Part shown: in pieces, positions 43,943-54,339 of the stretch
Layout: each line of letters begins with the position of its first letter
How positions within the stretch are numbered: position 1 is the first letter of the stretch
DNA from: an uncultured Christensenella sp.
Lineage (GTDB): Bacteria > Bacillota > Clostridia > Christensenellales > Borkfalkiaceae
NCBI GenBank assembly: GCA_964601265.1
Contig: CAZRMT010000002.1
Span: 2,560-66,559 of the forward strand
Length of the DNA: 64,000 nucleotides
Direction: 5' to 3'
Program-made: the position numbers and the translations under genes
The notes under the pieces: generated by a model
What the model was told of the DNA's origin: nothing
The model's database searches: none
Seen by the model: only the letters and a program-made list of their open reading frames with translations

Positions 43943-45055
43943 TTAAATAAATACTAATACCACTCCGACCACAATGGATACGGATAAAATGATAATCGAA
44001 AAAATATTATTTCCTTTTTTGTTTGCGGAAATAAAATTTTTACCGTGTAAAAATAATTTTCCCGCTTCTAGCTCTTGATTTACCTCTTGCGTTTTATATG
44101 CGTAAACCTCTTTTATCGTCCTTTCTTTATCGTATATATAAACTTTTTTGCTAAGCGGTATATCTCTGTTGACTTTTACATCTCTCTTTTCCTTTGAAAT
44201 ATAAAGTTTTACAAAATAGTACACCGCAACGGCAATAAAACAAATTCCCACAAAAACCGTTACAGCATCATAAAACAAAAAGGCTTTATAATGATTTTCT
44301 TCTAAAAGTCCCTCAAAAATAGCAAGTACGTAAACGAATAAATTATACATACCGTGCATTGCGCAACTCACGAAAAAGTTTTTAGTAGAAATCAACGCAA
44401 AAGCGATTGCTACCCCGCCTAAAAACTGTAGCAATAATTGAGAAGTATTGCCGTGAAAAATCGCAAACATCGCTCCCGAACAAATTATAGCGAAAAGCGA
44501 ATCGAAGTTTTCGAGCGAACGCATAACAATGCTTCTCATTAAAGCCTCCTCGCATATGGCGGGAAGAATTACGGATAACACGAATGCATCTAACAACGTC
44601 CACCCGTTTACGGGATAATCCTCAACGTTAATTCCGGACGAAGGAAACAATTCCGAAAAATCGGAAGAAATTTGCATATGTGCGCTTGAAAACACAAAAT
44701 ACACTCCGCAGATAAGCAGTATGCCCATAAGGACGGGCACCATACTGAACTTGCAAGCGTACCCTCCGCCGTTAAAAAGACTGACTTTACGAATTTTTGA
44801 GTACACGAACGCAAAAGCAAAAATTATAAGTTGAGAGTAAACTATCGACACGCACGAAAGAAGCCAATAATCCTCTTTAAACGCCTTATACACTGTCGGA
44901 ATACTCTTTACAACCCAAACAAATAACAGCGACGCCAAGTAAAAAAGCAAAGTAAAACTCAAAAAAACTATACCTGCGTCGTATTTTGCATAGCCGTTAG
45001 GATTATATTTCCCTCTATTATTAAGATGTGGTGCAAAATCGTTTTTTACTTTCAT
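43943..45055 (-). CDS. CPBP-family intramembrane glutamic protease (CAAX-protease-like).
   Basis: Motifs PAICEEALMRS, FAIFHGN and CAMHGMYN within a multi-TM protein; 370 aa. Confidence 0.75.
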   Translation of the reverse strand: MKVKNDFAPHLNNRGKYNPNGYAKYDAGIVFLSFTLLFYLASLLFVWVVKSIPTVYKAFKEDYWLLSCVSIVYSQLIIFAFAFVYSKIRKVSLFNGGGYACKFSMVPVLMGILLICGVYFVFSSAHMQISSDFSELFPSSGINVEDYPVNGWTLLDAFVLSVILPAICEEALMRSIVMRSLENFDSLFAIICSGAMFAIFHGNTSQLLLQFLGGVAIAFALISTKNFFVSCAMHGMYNLFVYVLAIFEGLLEENHYKAFLFYDAVTVFVGICFIAVAVYYFVKLYISKEKRDVKVNRDIPLSKKVYIYDKERTIKEVYAYKTQEVNQELEAGKLFLHGKNFISANKKGNNIFSIIILSVSIVVGVVLVFI

Positions 45056-45070
45056 ACTTTAAACCGTAAA

Positions 45071-46501
45071 TCAATACGCCCTTGCAAAATAAACGATGTG
45101 TTTAGCCTTTTTCTTACAAACGGGGCAAACGCAATTTTCGGCGCTGTCGCCCGCTATTACTCTTGCGGTCGCGGAAGTTTTTTCCTTTACGGCGTCCTCG
45201 CACGCTCTTTCTCCGCACCAAGGCGCTTTTACAAAGTTACCCGTATCGACGGCTTCCAATATTCCGTCTAAATCACTAGCCGTTTTAATACGTTTATCTC
45301 TGTATTCTCTGGACAATTCCAACATTTCCTTTTGCATAGAATCGAGCATAGTTTTAAGCTCTGACAAATTATCCATAGATAACGTTCCCTTTTGGAAATT
45401 ATCCCTTCTACTGAAACATATTTGATTGTTTTCTATATCTCTGGGACCTATCTCGACTCTAAGCGGAACACCTTTCATTTCCCATTCGTTAAACTTCCAA
45501 CCGGGGCTTGCGTCTCTCGAATCGAGTTCCGCCCTAATTCCCATGTCGACTAATTTTTCGGTTAGCTCTTTAGCTTTATCCAAAACGCCGTCCTTATGCA
45601 TGGCAACGGGAACCACGATTATTTGTATAGGCGCAACGACGGGAGGCAATTTTAATCCTCTTTGGTCGCCGTGAGCCATAATCAAAGCACCTATCATTCT
45701 AGTAGAGGTTCCCCAAGAAGTCGAATAGCCGTATTTCAATGAACTGTCTTTATCCAAAAATTTCATATCGAAAGACTTTGCGAAATTTTGCCCGAGATAG
45801 TGACTTGTACCGGCTTGCAAACTCTTTCCGTCAAGCATCATCGCTTCCATACCGTAAGTAGCCACAGCGCCCGCAAATTTTTCTTTTTCGGTCTTTTTGC
45901 CCGTGATTACGGGAATAGCAAGCACTTCTTCGGCAAACTCTTTATATACCTGCAACATTTGTTGCGTATAATCTTCCGCCTCTTCCGCCGTTGAGTGAAC
46001 GGTGTGTCCTTCCTGCCATAAAAACTCGCTCGTCCTTAAAAACGGTCTGGTCGTTTTTTCCCAACGAACCACGTTACACCATTGGTTTATCAATATAGGT
46101 AAATCTCTATAAGACTGCATCCATTTAGAATACATACTGCCTATTATGGTTTCGCTTGTAGGACGAATTACTAATTTTTCAGATAACTCTTCTCCGCCCG
46201 CATAAGTTACGACCGCCACTTCGGGAGCAAACCCCTCTACGTGTTCGGCTTCTTTTTTTAAAAAACTTTCAGGTATAAGCATAGGGAAATAAGCGTTTTT
46301 AACGCCCTTTTTTGCAAACCTTTTATCCATCTCCTTTTGTATAATTTCCCATATAGCATATCCGTACGGACGAATTACCATGGTGCCTTTTACGGGACCG
46401 TAATCGCATAACTGCGTTTTTATAACGACGTCGGTATACCACTTTGGGAAATCTTTTTCGATGTCGGCTATTTCTTTTACAAATTGATTATCGTTTGCCA
46501 T
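45071..46501 (-). CDS. proS: Prolyl-tRNA synthetase, archaeal/eukaryote-like type.
   Basis: ATG 46501 has a GAGG RBS and gives MANDNQFVKEIADIEKDFPKWY. It has a class II core and a C-terminal Cys cluster ending ..VYFARAY. Confidence 0.9.
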   Translation of the reverse strand: MANDNQFVKEIADIEKDFPKWYTDVVIKTQLCDYGPVKGTMVIRPYGYAIWEIIQKEMDKRFAKKGVKNAYFPMLIPESFLKKEAEHVEGFAPEVAVVTYAGGEELSEKLVIRPTSETIIGSMYSKWMQSYRDLPILINQWCNVVRWEKTTRPFLRTSEFLWQEGHTVHSTAEEAEDYTQQMLQVYKEFAEEVLAIPVITGKKTEKEKFAGAVATYGMEAMMLDGKSLQAGTSHYLGQNFAKSFDMKFLDKDSSLKYGYSTSWGTSTRMIGALIMAHGDQRGLKLPPVVAPIQIIVVPVAMHKDGVLDKAKELTEKLVDMGIRAELDSRDASPGWKFNEWEMKGVPLRVEIGPRDIENNQICFSRRDNFQKGTLSMDNLSELKTMLDSMQKEMLELSREYRDKRIKTASDLDGILEAVDTGNFVKAPWCGERACEDAVKEKTSATARVIAGDSAENCVCPVCKKKAKHIVYFARAY

Positions 46502-46615
46502 TGTCAACCTCTTAAAGTAAAAAGTATTATTTTGTACTATTTTACCATTTATCCACGCTAAAAGCAAGGAATATTTATAATATTATAATTACTAAATGTA
46601 ACTTAAACGTACCCA

Positions 46616-46648
46616 AAACGAAAAATCGGAGCCTTAAACTCCGATTTT
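46616..46648 (-). terminator. Terminator of clpX.
   Basis: The hairpin aaatcggag / ctccgattt spans 46622..46648 with a T-rich minus-strand tail. Confidence 0.65.
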
Positions 46649-46665
46649 AAATTCGTTTTGTCTTT

Positions 46666-47907
46666 TTAAGCAATTTGCTTGTGTACTATTTTCGGTTTTT
46701 TCAATCCGTCAACCACGTCTTTATCTATAACGACTTCTTCTACGGTATCGTCGGAAGGAACGTCGAACATGCAATCCAGCATTAAATTCTCAAAAATGGT
46801 TCTAAGTCCTCTGGCTCCCGTTTTTAAGTCAATGGCTTTGCGTGCAATAGCCTTGATGGCCTCGTCCTTAACGGTAAGATTAACGCCGTCGACTTCTAAC
46901 AGTTTAGAGTATTGTTTTATCAGCGCGTTTTTGGGTTCGGTCATTATGGAAACCAATGCGTCCTCCGTTAACGCATTAAGCCCGACGGTAATCGGAATTC
47001 TTCCGACAAGCTCGGGTATAAGTCCGAAGCTTGTTAAATCTTGAGGTTGCAAATCTGCAAGTAAATCCGCTTCTTCTTCGTTTTTAAGGTCTATACTAGT
47101 ACCAAAACCGATTCCGTAGGAACTTTTTCTTTTAGCAATAATTTTATCTATCCCCACAAAAGCTCCTCCGCAAATAAACAAAATGTTAGTCGTGTCTATT
47201 TTTATCACTTCTTGTTGCGGATGTTTTCTTCCTCCTTGCGGGGGCACGGAAGCAACCGTGGATTCTATTATTTTTAATAACGCTTGCTGAACGCCTTCGC
47301 CCGAAACGTCTCTTGTAATAGAAGTATTTTCGCTTTTTCTTGCAAGTTTATCTATTTCGTCGATATAAATTATTCCTTTTTCGGCTTTTGCAATATCGTA
47401 ATCGGCGTTTTGTATAAGCTTTAATAAAATATTTTCCACGTCCTCCCCGACGTATCCCGCTTCCGTTAAAGTAGTTGCGTCGGCAACGGCAAACGGAACG
47501 TTTAAAATTTTAGCGAGCGTCCTCGCAAGTAACGTTTTTCCGCTACCGGTAGGCCCTAAAAGCAAAATATTGCTTTTTTCTATTTCGGTGTTGTTTTCGT
47601 TTTCCGAACTCAACAAATTAACCCTTTTATAATGATTATAAACCGCTACCGACAGTACTTTTTTTGCCTTTTCTTGTCCGATAACGTATTTATCCAATTC
47701 TTCCTTTATTTCAAAAGGCTTTAAGAGGTTTATTCCTCCGACAAAATCTTTTTGTTCCAATTCGTCCAACGTATCTTTACACGCCATAATACATTCGTCG
47801 CAAATATAAAGTCCGTCCGGCCCCGAAACGAGTTGTTTTACCGAATCGACGTCCTTATGACAAAAAGAACATCTTATGGTACGTTCGTTATTTTTTGAGC
47901 TGTTCAT
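46666..47907 (-). CDS. clpX: ATP-dependent Clp protease ATPase subunit ClpX.
   Basis: Zinc finger CSFCHK..CDEC, Walker A GPTGSGKT and IIYIDEIDK. Confidence 0.95.
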   Translation of the reverse strand: MNSSKNNERTIRCSFCHKDVDSVKQLVSGPDGLYICDECIMACKDTLDELEQKDFVGGINLLKPFEIKEELDKYVIGQEKAKKVLSVAVYNHYKRVNLLSSENENNTEIEKSNILLLGPTGSGKTLLARTLAKILNVPFAVADATTLTEAGYVGEDVENILLKLIQNADYDIAKAEKGIIYIDEIDKLARKSENTSITRDVSGEGVQQALLKIIESTVASVPPQGGRKHPQQEVIKIDTTNILFICGGAFVGIDKIIAKRKSSYGIGFGTSIDLKNEEEADLLADLQPQDLTSFGLIPELVGRIPITVGLNALTEDALVSIMTEPKNALIKQYSKLLEVDGVNLTVKDEAIKAIARKAIDLKTGARGLRTIFENLMLDCMFDVPSDDTVEEVVIDKDVVDGLKKPKIVHKQIA

Positions 47908-47934
47908 TTTTTAGAATACTCCTTTAATTTTTAG

Positions 47935-48522
47935 TTATCTCTTATCGTAAATTCCGTCTATAATTCCGTACTCCAACGCCTCTTGCGTAGTCATATAATT
48001 ATCCCTGTCGGTATCTCTTTCTATCTCGGAATAATCTCTTCCCGTATTTTCCGCAAGAATTGAATTCAATTTCTTTTTCGTTTTAAGGATTTGCTCGGCT
48101 TGAATAGAAATATCCGTAGCCTGCCCCTGCGCTCCGCCGAGCGGTTGGTGAATCATAATTTCTGCATTTTTTAACGCAAAACGCTTACCTTTCGTGCCTC
48201 CCGCAAGCAAAAACGCACCCATGCTAGCCGCCATTCCGACGCAAATTGTACAAACGTCGCATTTTATATATCTCATCGTATCGTAAATAGCAAAACCCGC
48301 CGTTACTAACCCGCCCGGGCTATTTATATAAATATATATGTCTTTCGTGCTGTCTTTTGATTCAAGATATAAAAGTTGCGCAACTACGGAATTAGCAAGT
48401 TGCATATCTATTTCGTCGGCAATAAATATTACTCTGTCTTCAAGCAAACGAGAATATATGTCGTATACTCTTTCGCCTCTGTCGGACTGGTCTATTACTG
48501 TGGGAATATAATTTTTTATCAT
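47935..48522 (-). CDS. clpP: ATP-dependent Clp protease proteolytic subunit.
   Basis: ATG 48522 has an AGGAG RBS and gives [27 protein letters not shown]. The active-site region is GMAASMG. Confidence 0.95.
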   Translation of the reverse strand: MIKNYIPTVIDQSDRGERVYDIYSRLLEDRVIFIADEIDMQLANSVVAQLLYLESKDSTKDIYIYINSPGGLVTAGFAIYDTMRYIKCDVCTICVGMAASMGAFLLAGGTKGKRFALKNAEIMIHQPLGGAQGQATDISIQAEQILKTKKKLNSILAENTGRDYSEIERDTDRDNYMTTQEALEYGIIDGIYDKR

Positions 48523-48585
48523 TTTAGCTCCTTTAAAACAAAAAGTTTGCAAGAAAAACTCCCCGCAAACTTTTCCTAAGTATCT

Positions 48586-49872
48586 TTATGCTATGTTGTT
48601 GTTAGCCTTTAAAAAGTCAAAAAGCTTTTCTACGATGATAGAGTGCTCGATGTACTCAAACTGTCTCGGGTCCATTGACTTTTTGTAGTCTTCGACTTCT
48701 TTATTTACCGACTTCGCTTGCTCAGCAACCTTTGCGTCGATTTCTTCTTGCGTTGCGGTAAAGCCTTCTTTTGCGATTATCTCTTCAACGACTAATTGTT
48801 GTTTAACTCTCTTTAAAGCAGGTTCTTCATAGCCCTTGCGGAATTCTTCCATAGTCTGTCCGAGATATTTGAGATAATCTTCGAGCTTTATTCCTTGATA
48901 CATCATTCTGTATTCGGTTTCTTGAATGAACGCGTCTATTTGTCTATCAATCATAGCACGAGGAATTTCAACTTCGGTGGCGTCGGATATAGCGACGATT
49001 AACTTGTCTTCCGTTTCGTTTTTAGCTTTTGCGTCGTTAGCTTTTTGGAATTTTTCAATCGTCTTAACTTTCCAAGCCTCCAAATTTTCTTCGCCCGTCG
49101 CGTCCTTTATGAACTCGTCGTTTACTTCAGGAAGTTCTTTAACTTTTATTTCATGAAGTTTTACCGTGAATACGGCTTCTTTTCCCTTAACTTCTTCGGA
49201 AGGATAATCGTCGGGGAATTTAACGGTTATATCTTTTTCGTCGCCGATATTCATTCCTTCTACTTGTTCTTCGAATCCGGGAATAAACGTCTTACTGCCG
49301 AGTACCAAAGTTTGCTTTTCCGCTTTTCCGCCCTTGAACTCTACGCCGTCGATTTTTCCGCAATAATCTATTACGGTAATATCTCCGTTTTGAGTAGCTC
49401 TATCGGTTACGGAAATTTCTCTGGAATTTCTTTCCTTTAATCTCTCGAGTTCCTTTTCGACGTCTTCTTCCGTAACATTATACACAACTCTTTCTATATT
49501 TATACCCGTGTACGCTCCGAGTTTAACTTCGGGTTTTACAGGAATAACCAATTTAAACGTTACTCCGTTATCGTCGAGTTTATCGATATCGACTTCGGGA
49601 CGGTCAATATCTTTTATATCCTTTTCCTTAGCTAAAAACTCTTCGTAATATTTGGGAAGAGCGATATTAACGGCTTCTTCATAGAAAATTCCTTTACCGT
49701 AAGCCTGTTCTATTACGTGCTTGGGAGCGTGCCCTTTACGGAATCCCGGAATATTAAATTTGCCTTTTGTTTTGTTGTAAGCTTGGCTGATTGCTTCCGC
49801 CCATTCTTTAGCGTCTATTGTAATTTTTGCTTCTATAGTACTTTTTTTACCGTTTTTGAAAGTGTATTTCAT
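48586..49872 (-). CDS. tig: Trigger factor.
   Basis: 428 aa with GFRKGHAP (ribosome-binding signature) and a central FKBP-type domain. Confidence 0.95.
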   Translation of the reverse strand: MKYTFKNGKKSTIEAKITIDAKEWAEAISQAYNKTKGKFNIPGFRKGHAPKHVIEQAYGKGIFYEEAVNIALPKYYEEFLAKEKDIKDIDRPEVDIDKLDDNGVTFKLVIPVKPEVKLGAYTGINIERVVYNVTEEDVEKELERLKERNSREISVTDRATQNGDITVIDYCGKIDGVEFKGGKAEKQTLVLGSKTFIPGFEEQVEGMNIGDEKDITVKFPDDYPSEEVKGKEAVFTVKLHEIKVKELPEVNDEFIKDATGEENLEAWKVKTIEKFQKANDAKAKNETEDKLIVAISDATEVEIPRAMIDRQIDAFIQETEYRMMYQGIKLEDYLKYLGQTMEEFRKGYEEPALKRVKQQLVVEEIIAKEGFTATQEEIDAKVAEQAKSVNKEVEDYKKSMDPRQFEYIEHSIIVEKLFDFLKANNNIA

Positions 49873-50014
49873 TTTTTACTCCTATTTCTATCTCAATGCT
49901 TAACCATTTTAACACATAAAAAACAAAATGAAAAGCATTTTTAAGTCTTTTTTGTTTTTTATTTTACTTTTTTATCGATTATATATATAATTATAGCAAA
50001 GGAGAATTAAATCT

Positions 50015-51700
50015 ATGGCATTAGACGCTTATAATATTGCAAAAACCGCTCCGCTTTTAAACACGGAACTAAAAAACGGAAAAATAAATAAAGTTACGCA
50101 ACCGAACAAAGAAGAAATTTCTCTTTTAATCTATTCAAAAGGAATGACGAGAAAGCTTGTAATAAGCTCTCACGCAAAGTACGCAAGAATTGCTTTTTCA
50201 GACGTCGAAAAAGAAAATCCCGCCGTCGCCCCCAACTTTTGTATGTTACTTAGAAAGCATTTGATAGGCGGAGAAATTTTAGAGATAAAACAAATAGGTT
50301 GGGAAAGAATAATTGCGTTTACAATAGTAAACAAAAACGAACTTTTCGAAAAAACCGAAAAAACGCTTTACGTTGAAATAATGGGTAAATATTCCAACGT
50401 AATTCTCACGGAAAACGACTTAATTTTAGGAGCTTTGAAAAACACCACTTTAGAAGTTAACGCCGTAAGACCGCTTTTTACGGGAATGAAATATACTCTA
50501 CCTAAAAAACAAGATAAATGCGAGCCGTTCGATAAAGAAAATGCTTTAAAAACACTAAAAATTTTTAACGGTGAAAATTTGGGAGAATATATCTTTAAAA
50601 ATTTTAGCGGAATATCTTTAATTACCGCTCAAGAAATTGCCTTTAGATTTTCTCCGTTTTTAAACACGCTTGAAATGTTTTATGAAAAGTTTATTGACTT
50701 TTTATTAAAAGAACCGATAAAACCGTGTATTATATCATCTTTAAACTTTACGGATTTTTCTGCGTGCGATTTATCTCAATTTTCGGGAAAAGAGAAAAAA
50801 AGTTACGACGATTTATTACTATGCCAAAAAGAATTTTTTGACAACGAGGAAACGAAAAAAGACTTTTCCTTAAAACAAAACTCGCTTTTGGCAAAAATAA
50901 ATTCTCACTTAAAAAAACATGAAAAAAAGCGTATTGCGATTTTTGAAACAATACAAAACAGTGAAAATTTCGAAGAAAACAGAATAAAAGGAGAACTGAT
51001 TTTAGCAAATATTTATAAAATTAAAAAGGGCGAAAAAAATGTTACCCTTTTAAACTATTACACAAACGAAGAAGTTAAAATAACGCTTGACGAAAAACTT
51101 TCCCCGCAAGAAAACGCCAACAAATATTACAAAAAATATAACAAACAAAAATCGGCTATAAAATATGCAGAGAAAAATTTAGCCGAAACGGAAAAGGAAA
51201 TAAATTATCTTAATTCCGTTAAAAGCGAAATACTTTCTTGCGATACGCTTGCCGATTTAAAGTTTATCGAAAGTGAAATGCTTACGCAAGGGATTATTCC
51301 TTCCAAAACGAAAACGAAGACAAAAACTCAACCGTTCCGCTACTATTCTTTTAAAGGTTATACGGTAATCGTCGGGAAAAACAACGTTGCAAACGATACT
51401 TTAAGAGAAAATTCTAACGGTAACGATTTATGGTTTCACACGAAACGTTATCACTCTGCGTTCGTGGTGGCAAAATACGAGGGAAAACCGTTTACCGACG
51501 ACTTAAAAGCTTTTTGCGCTTCTTTATGCGTTTATTATAGCGAAAATAAAGCGAGCGGAAAAACCGAAGTGGATTACACGTATATAAAAAGAGTAAAAAA
51601 ACCGCCGTCATCTCGACCGGGAACGGTGATATATACGGGAGAGGAAAGCATTTTTGCAACGGCAAACAGTCAAAAAGAATACGAAATTTTCCCAAAATAA
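50015..51700 (+). CDS. rqcH: Ribosome quality control factor RqcH / fibronectin-binding protein A family (NFACT).
   Basis: 561 aa with N-terminal MALDAYNIAKTAPLLNTELKNGKINKVTQP and a C-terminal DUF814-like region DLWFHTKRYHSAFVV. Confidence 0.85.
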   Translation: MALDAYNIAKTAPLLNTELKNGKINKVTQPNKEEISLLIYSKGMTRKLVISSHAKYARIAFSDVEKENPAVAPNFCMLLRKHLIGGEILEIKQIGWERIIAFTIVNKNELFEKTEKTLYVEIMGKYSNVILTENDLILGALKNTTLEVNAVRPLFTGMKYTLPKKQDKCEPFDKENALKTLKIFNGENLGEYIFKNFSGISLITAQEIAFRFSPFLNTLEMFYEKFIDFLLKEPIKPCIISSLNFTDFSACDLSQFSGKEKKSYDDLLLCQKEFFDNEETKKDFSLKQNSLLAKINSHLKKHEKKRIAIFETIQNSENFEENRIKGELILANIYKIKKGEKNVTLLNYYTNEEVKITLDEKLSPQENANKYYKKYNKQKSAIKYAEKNLAETEKEINYLNSVKSEILSCDTLADLKFIESEMLTQGIIPSKTKTKTKTQPFRYYSFKGYTVIVGKNNVANDTLRENSNGNDLWFHTKRYHSAFVVAKYEGKPFTDDLKAFCASLCVYYSENKASGKTEVDYTYIKRVKKPPSSRPGTVIYTGEESIFATANSQKEYEIFPK

Positions 51701-51707
51701 ACCTAAT

Positions 51708-51733
51708 AGGCGGAAGCAAAAATGCTTCCGCCT
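51708..51733. terminator. Hairpin between convergent genes (probable bidirectional terminator with a weak U-tract).
   Basis: AGGCGGAAGC-AAAAAT-GCTTCCGCCT. Confidence 0.55.
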
Positions 51734-51746
51734 AAACTTATAAAAT

Positions 51747-52598
51747 TTAACATTTACCGCTTACGCTAAAATTAGTAAACGATACGTTTTGAGTTGCTGT
51801 TCGAACACCGTACCCCGAACCTTTAAGAAAACTATACTCGGAAAAAGCAATATACAATTTTTCGTTTACGTAACAATATAAATCCGTACCGTTTAACGTT
51901 ACTTTTAACGTATATTCGTTTTCGGCATTATAATTTTCGATAGGCACGACTTTTTCAGCCGTCCACGAACCGTTGTCAACTTTGCCGAGATACGCGTTAC
52001 CCTCTATATTTATAAAAAAGAAATAATACGAAACGCCGTTTTCCCAAAAAGAGGCGTTGCCGTTATTTTCCAAACAAACTATAATACCGCTGTCTGACGC
52101 ATCGGGAGAGTTCACCGTCACTTCAATCGTCCCTCTATCGAAATCCTCGTCGACGTTTGCCAATATCGTTTCTCCGCCACAAGAATTATATCCGTTTTCA
52201 AGCGTAACAATCTCCCCCTTTATAAGTGAAAGATTATCGTCGTAAACCTTTTCCCATAACGCCGTTATTTCCAAATTTTCCGTAATAGGTTTTGAAAAGT
52301 CAAACTCTTCTCCCTTTGCAAACCAACCTAAAAACACGTTATCGTCAAAAACGGGATTTTCGGGCTTTTGTATAACGCCGTCTTTTTTTACCAGATATTC
52401 CTTTATTTCGGAACCGTTGTTTTCATTTATCTTAACTATAAGATTTTCCTCTTGTTCTCCACCGCTTAAATCGCTATCCGTAAAAGAACTGTCGGAGCTT
52501 AAACTTTCGGAGGGCGTAGTGTATATCGAACAACAACAAAGCCCTAAACAAATCGCTAAAATAAACACGATTAAACTTTTCTTTATACGTTTTTTCAT
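51747..52598 (-). CDS. Lipoprotein: Ser/Asp linker, one Flg_new repeat and one LamG/DUF1080-like lectin domain.
   Basis: 283 aa with a Cys-containing signal LGLCCCS. The Flg_new signature is IVKINENNGS..VFLGWFAKGEEFDF..LEITALWEK. The C-terminus is GSGYGVRTATQNVSFTNFSVSG. Confidence 0.8.
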   Translation of the reverse strand: MKKRIKKSLIVFILAICLGLCCCSIYTTPSESLSSDSSFTDSDLSGGEQEENLIVKINENNGSEIKEYLVKKDGVIQKPENPVFDDNVFLGWFAKGEEFDFSKPITENLEITALWEKVYDDNLSLIKGEIVTLENGYNSCGGETILANVDEDFDRGTIEVTVNSPDASDSGIIVCLENNGNASFWENGVSYYFFFINIEGNAYLGKVDNGSWTAEKVVPIENYNAENEYTLKVTLNGTDLYCYVNEKLYIAFSEYSFLKGSGYGVRTATQNVSFTNFSVSGKC

Positions 52599-52619
52599 TT
52601 TTCTCCTTACTCCTCCGAC

Positions 52620-54323
52620 TTACCCTTTTATTTCTTCAAAAGACATACTGAATTGTCCGCTTAAATTGTAACAAGCGTCGTATTCGGGGCTGTAATAACA
52701 AAAATACATAGTTTTAGTTCTTTCGTTAACTTTTATTACGAGCAACGTATTCATTGCGCTTGTCATCATTGCGCCCTGTGCGTCAACTAAAAAAGAAGTT
52801 ACCGTATTCCCGTTTATTCCTTTATCTTGTCTCATAACAATATAGTCGCTACAAAGATGTCCGCTAAACACCATAAACACATTGGAATGTTTCTTTAAGC
52901 ATTTTTCCCACATATCGACTGCATTATTGCTTTTATCGTAATTTATAGTTATGGTAGGCGAATGTTTATCGTCACCGTCCACAAGACTTCCGTCAGGCTC
53001 TACGTAACTATGCGTAGTAACTATTACTCTCGAATTCGGATGCTCGCTTATAATTCTATCCGCCCAGTTTACAACGTTGGTTCTCGGTCCGTACTCTAAA
53101 CACATAATCAGATATTCAACGTTACCGATTTTTATTAACGAATAGTAATTATCCATACATCCATTTTTAAACGCCCCGCCGAAATATTCTGTTTTACTGT
53201 ATTTATCATAGGAAAAATATTTGTTAAACATAGTCGTGCTTCTGTCTTTCGTCGCCCAGTTATCGTAATCGTGATTACCGAGTATCACCGAATAAGGAAC
53301 CTTTCCGTCCAACATAGAAATGTACTTGCTAGCGTCTTGCCATTCTTTTTCGGTTGCCTCGGGATTTACGGAATACTTACTTTCAACCATATCGCCCAAA
53401 TACATTACGAATTGCGTATTTAATTCCTCGGCGCTATCTACTATCCATTGACTTTGCTGTTTAAAATTATCTTTTTTCCAGTAGTTCATCGCTTGCATAT
53501 CGGGAACAACCATTAACGTATAATCGTAATCTTCGACTTGTTGCACTTCAACGTATCTATCGTAAGTATTTACCTTACAATTATTTTTCGTGTCGGCAGT
53601 ATCTTCAATAAGCGTATTATCGAAACTCCATTCTTTACCGAAATACCAATTTGACGCAAGCCCCGCTCTTTGAGAAGAAGTTATTTCTTTACTTTTCATA
53701 TCTTCTTTTATCGTGGACAGACTTTGCTTCGTCGAGTAAACGGTTATTTGCTCGATTTTTCCGTAAAAAGGCGTTTTTTCATTATACCAGTTATTCCAAT
53801 CCGTCCCCACGCCGAATTTCATACCGCAAACGCTTTCTCCAAGCTCTACGTCAACTTCTTCGGCAAGCGTGCCGTTTACGTAATAATAAAGTTTTTTATT
53901 CTCTTTATCTCTAACGATAGCAACGTGAGTCCACTCGTCGTTTCTTAAATCAACGCTTTCAAAAGTGTGAACGTACCTTCCGTTATTCCAATATAAAAGA
54001 AAATTACCTTTTGTTCCCACTCCGAAATTTACGCTCCCCGCATAGCCTTTGTCAGCGTTATAGTAATTGCCGAATATTACTCCGCCCACGATATTATCCG
54101 CAAGAGAGGACGGTAACTGTATCCACGCTTCAAACGTATTAATAGTTTGCTCGTACGCCCTTTCGGTTTCATACATTATCCTATCGGTTACGATAGAATA
54201 AACCTTTTTCCCGTTTTTTAACGAATATGCGCTTACCCTATCGGAAGGCAGTCTGACAAAAGACGTGAGCGTTAACGATAATATTAACGAAAAAATTAAA
54301 AATACGTGTTTTTTAGTCATCAT
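52620..54323 (-). CDS. Secreted Laminin_G_3 (LamG) domain fused to a calcineurin-like metallophosphoesterase.
   Basis: 567 aa with a signal peptide. LamG region: FEAWIQLPSS..NFLLYWNNGRY..DEWTHVAIVRDKENKKLYYYVNGTL. Phosphoesterase motifs: VVPDMQ, YLGDMVE, LGNHDYD, TTHSY and FSGHL. Confidence 0.8.
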   Translation of the reverse strand: MMTKKHVFLIFSLILSLTLTSFVRLPSDRVSAYSLKNGKKVYSIVTDRIMYETERAYEQTINTFEAWIQLPSSLADNIVGGVIFGNYYNADKGYAGSVNFGVGTKGNFLLYWNNGRYVHTFESVDLRNDEWTHVAIVRDKENKKLYYYVNGTLAEEVDVELGESVCGMKFGVGTDWNNWYNEKTPFYGKIEQITVYSTKQSLSTIKEDMKSKEITSSQRAGLASNWYFGKEWSFDNTLIEDTADTKNNCKVNTYDRYVEVQQVEDYDYTLMVVPDMQAMNYWKKDNFKQQSQWIVDSAEELNTQFVMYLGDMVESKYSVNPEATEKEWQDASKYISMLDGKVPYSVILGNHDYDNWATKDRSTTMFNKYFSYDKYSKTEYFGGAFKNGCMDNYYSLIKIGNVEYLIMCLEYGPRTNVVNWADRIISEHPNSRVIVTTHSYVEPDGSLVDGDDKHSPTITINYDKSNNAVDMWEKCLKKHSNVFMVFSGHLCSDYIVMRQDKGINGNTVTSFLVDAQGAMMTSAMNTLLVIKVNERTKTMYFCYYSPEYDACYNLSGQFSMSFEEIKG

Positions 54324-54339
54324 TATGTTCTCCTTTATT

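Noticed and set aside
46502-46567. N-terminal extensions in the ORF track: proS to 46567, rplS to 14785, clpP to 48552, coaE to 19517, and 54340.. to 56751, 7580.. to 12019 and 37280.. to 38176.
   Set aside because: In most cases an internal ATG with a good Shine-Dalgarno sequence gives the conserved protein N-terminus or a proper signal peptide, and the extensions run into terminators, promoters or upstream genes. For 37280.. no clear RBS was found, and ATG 38146 is preferred only because the extension runs through the hup terminator hairpin.
46502-46665. A possible T-box leader upstream of proS.
   Set aside because: Only about 100 nt remain once the clpX terminator hairpin is set aside. 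I see no specifier-loop architecture and no conserved T-box sequence.
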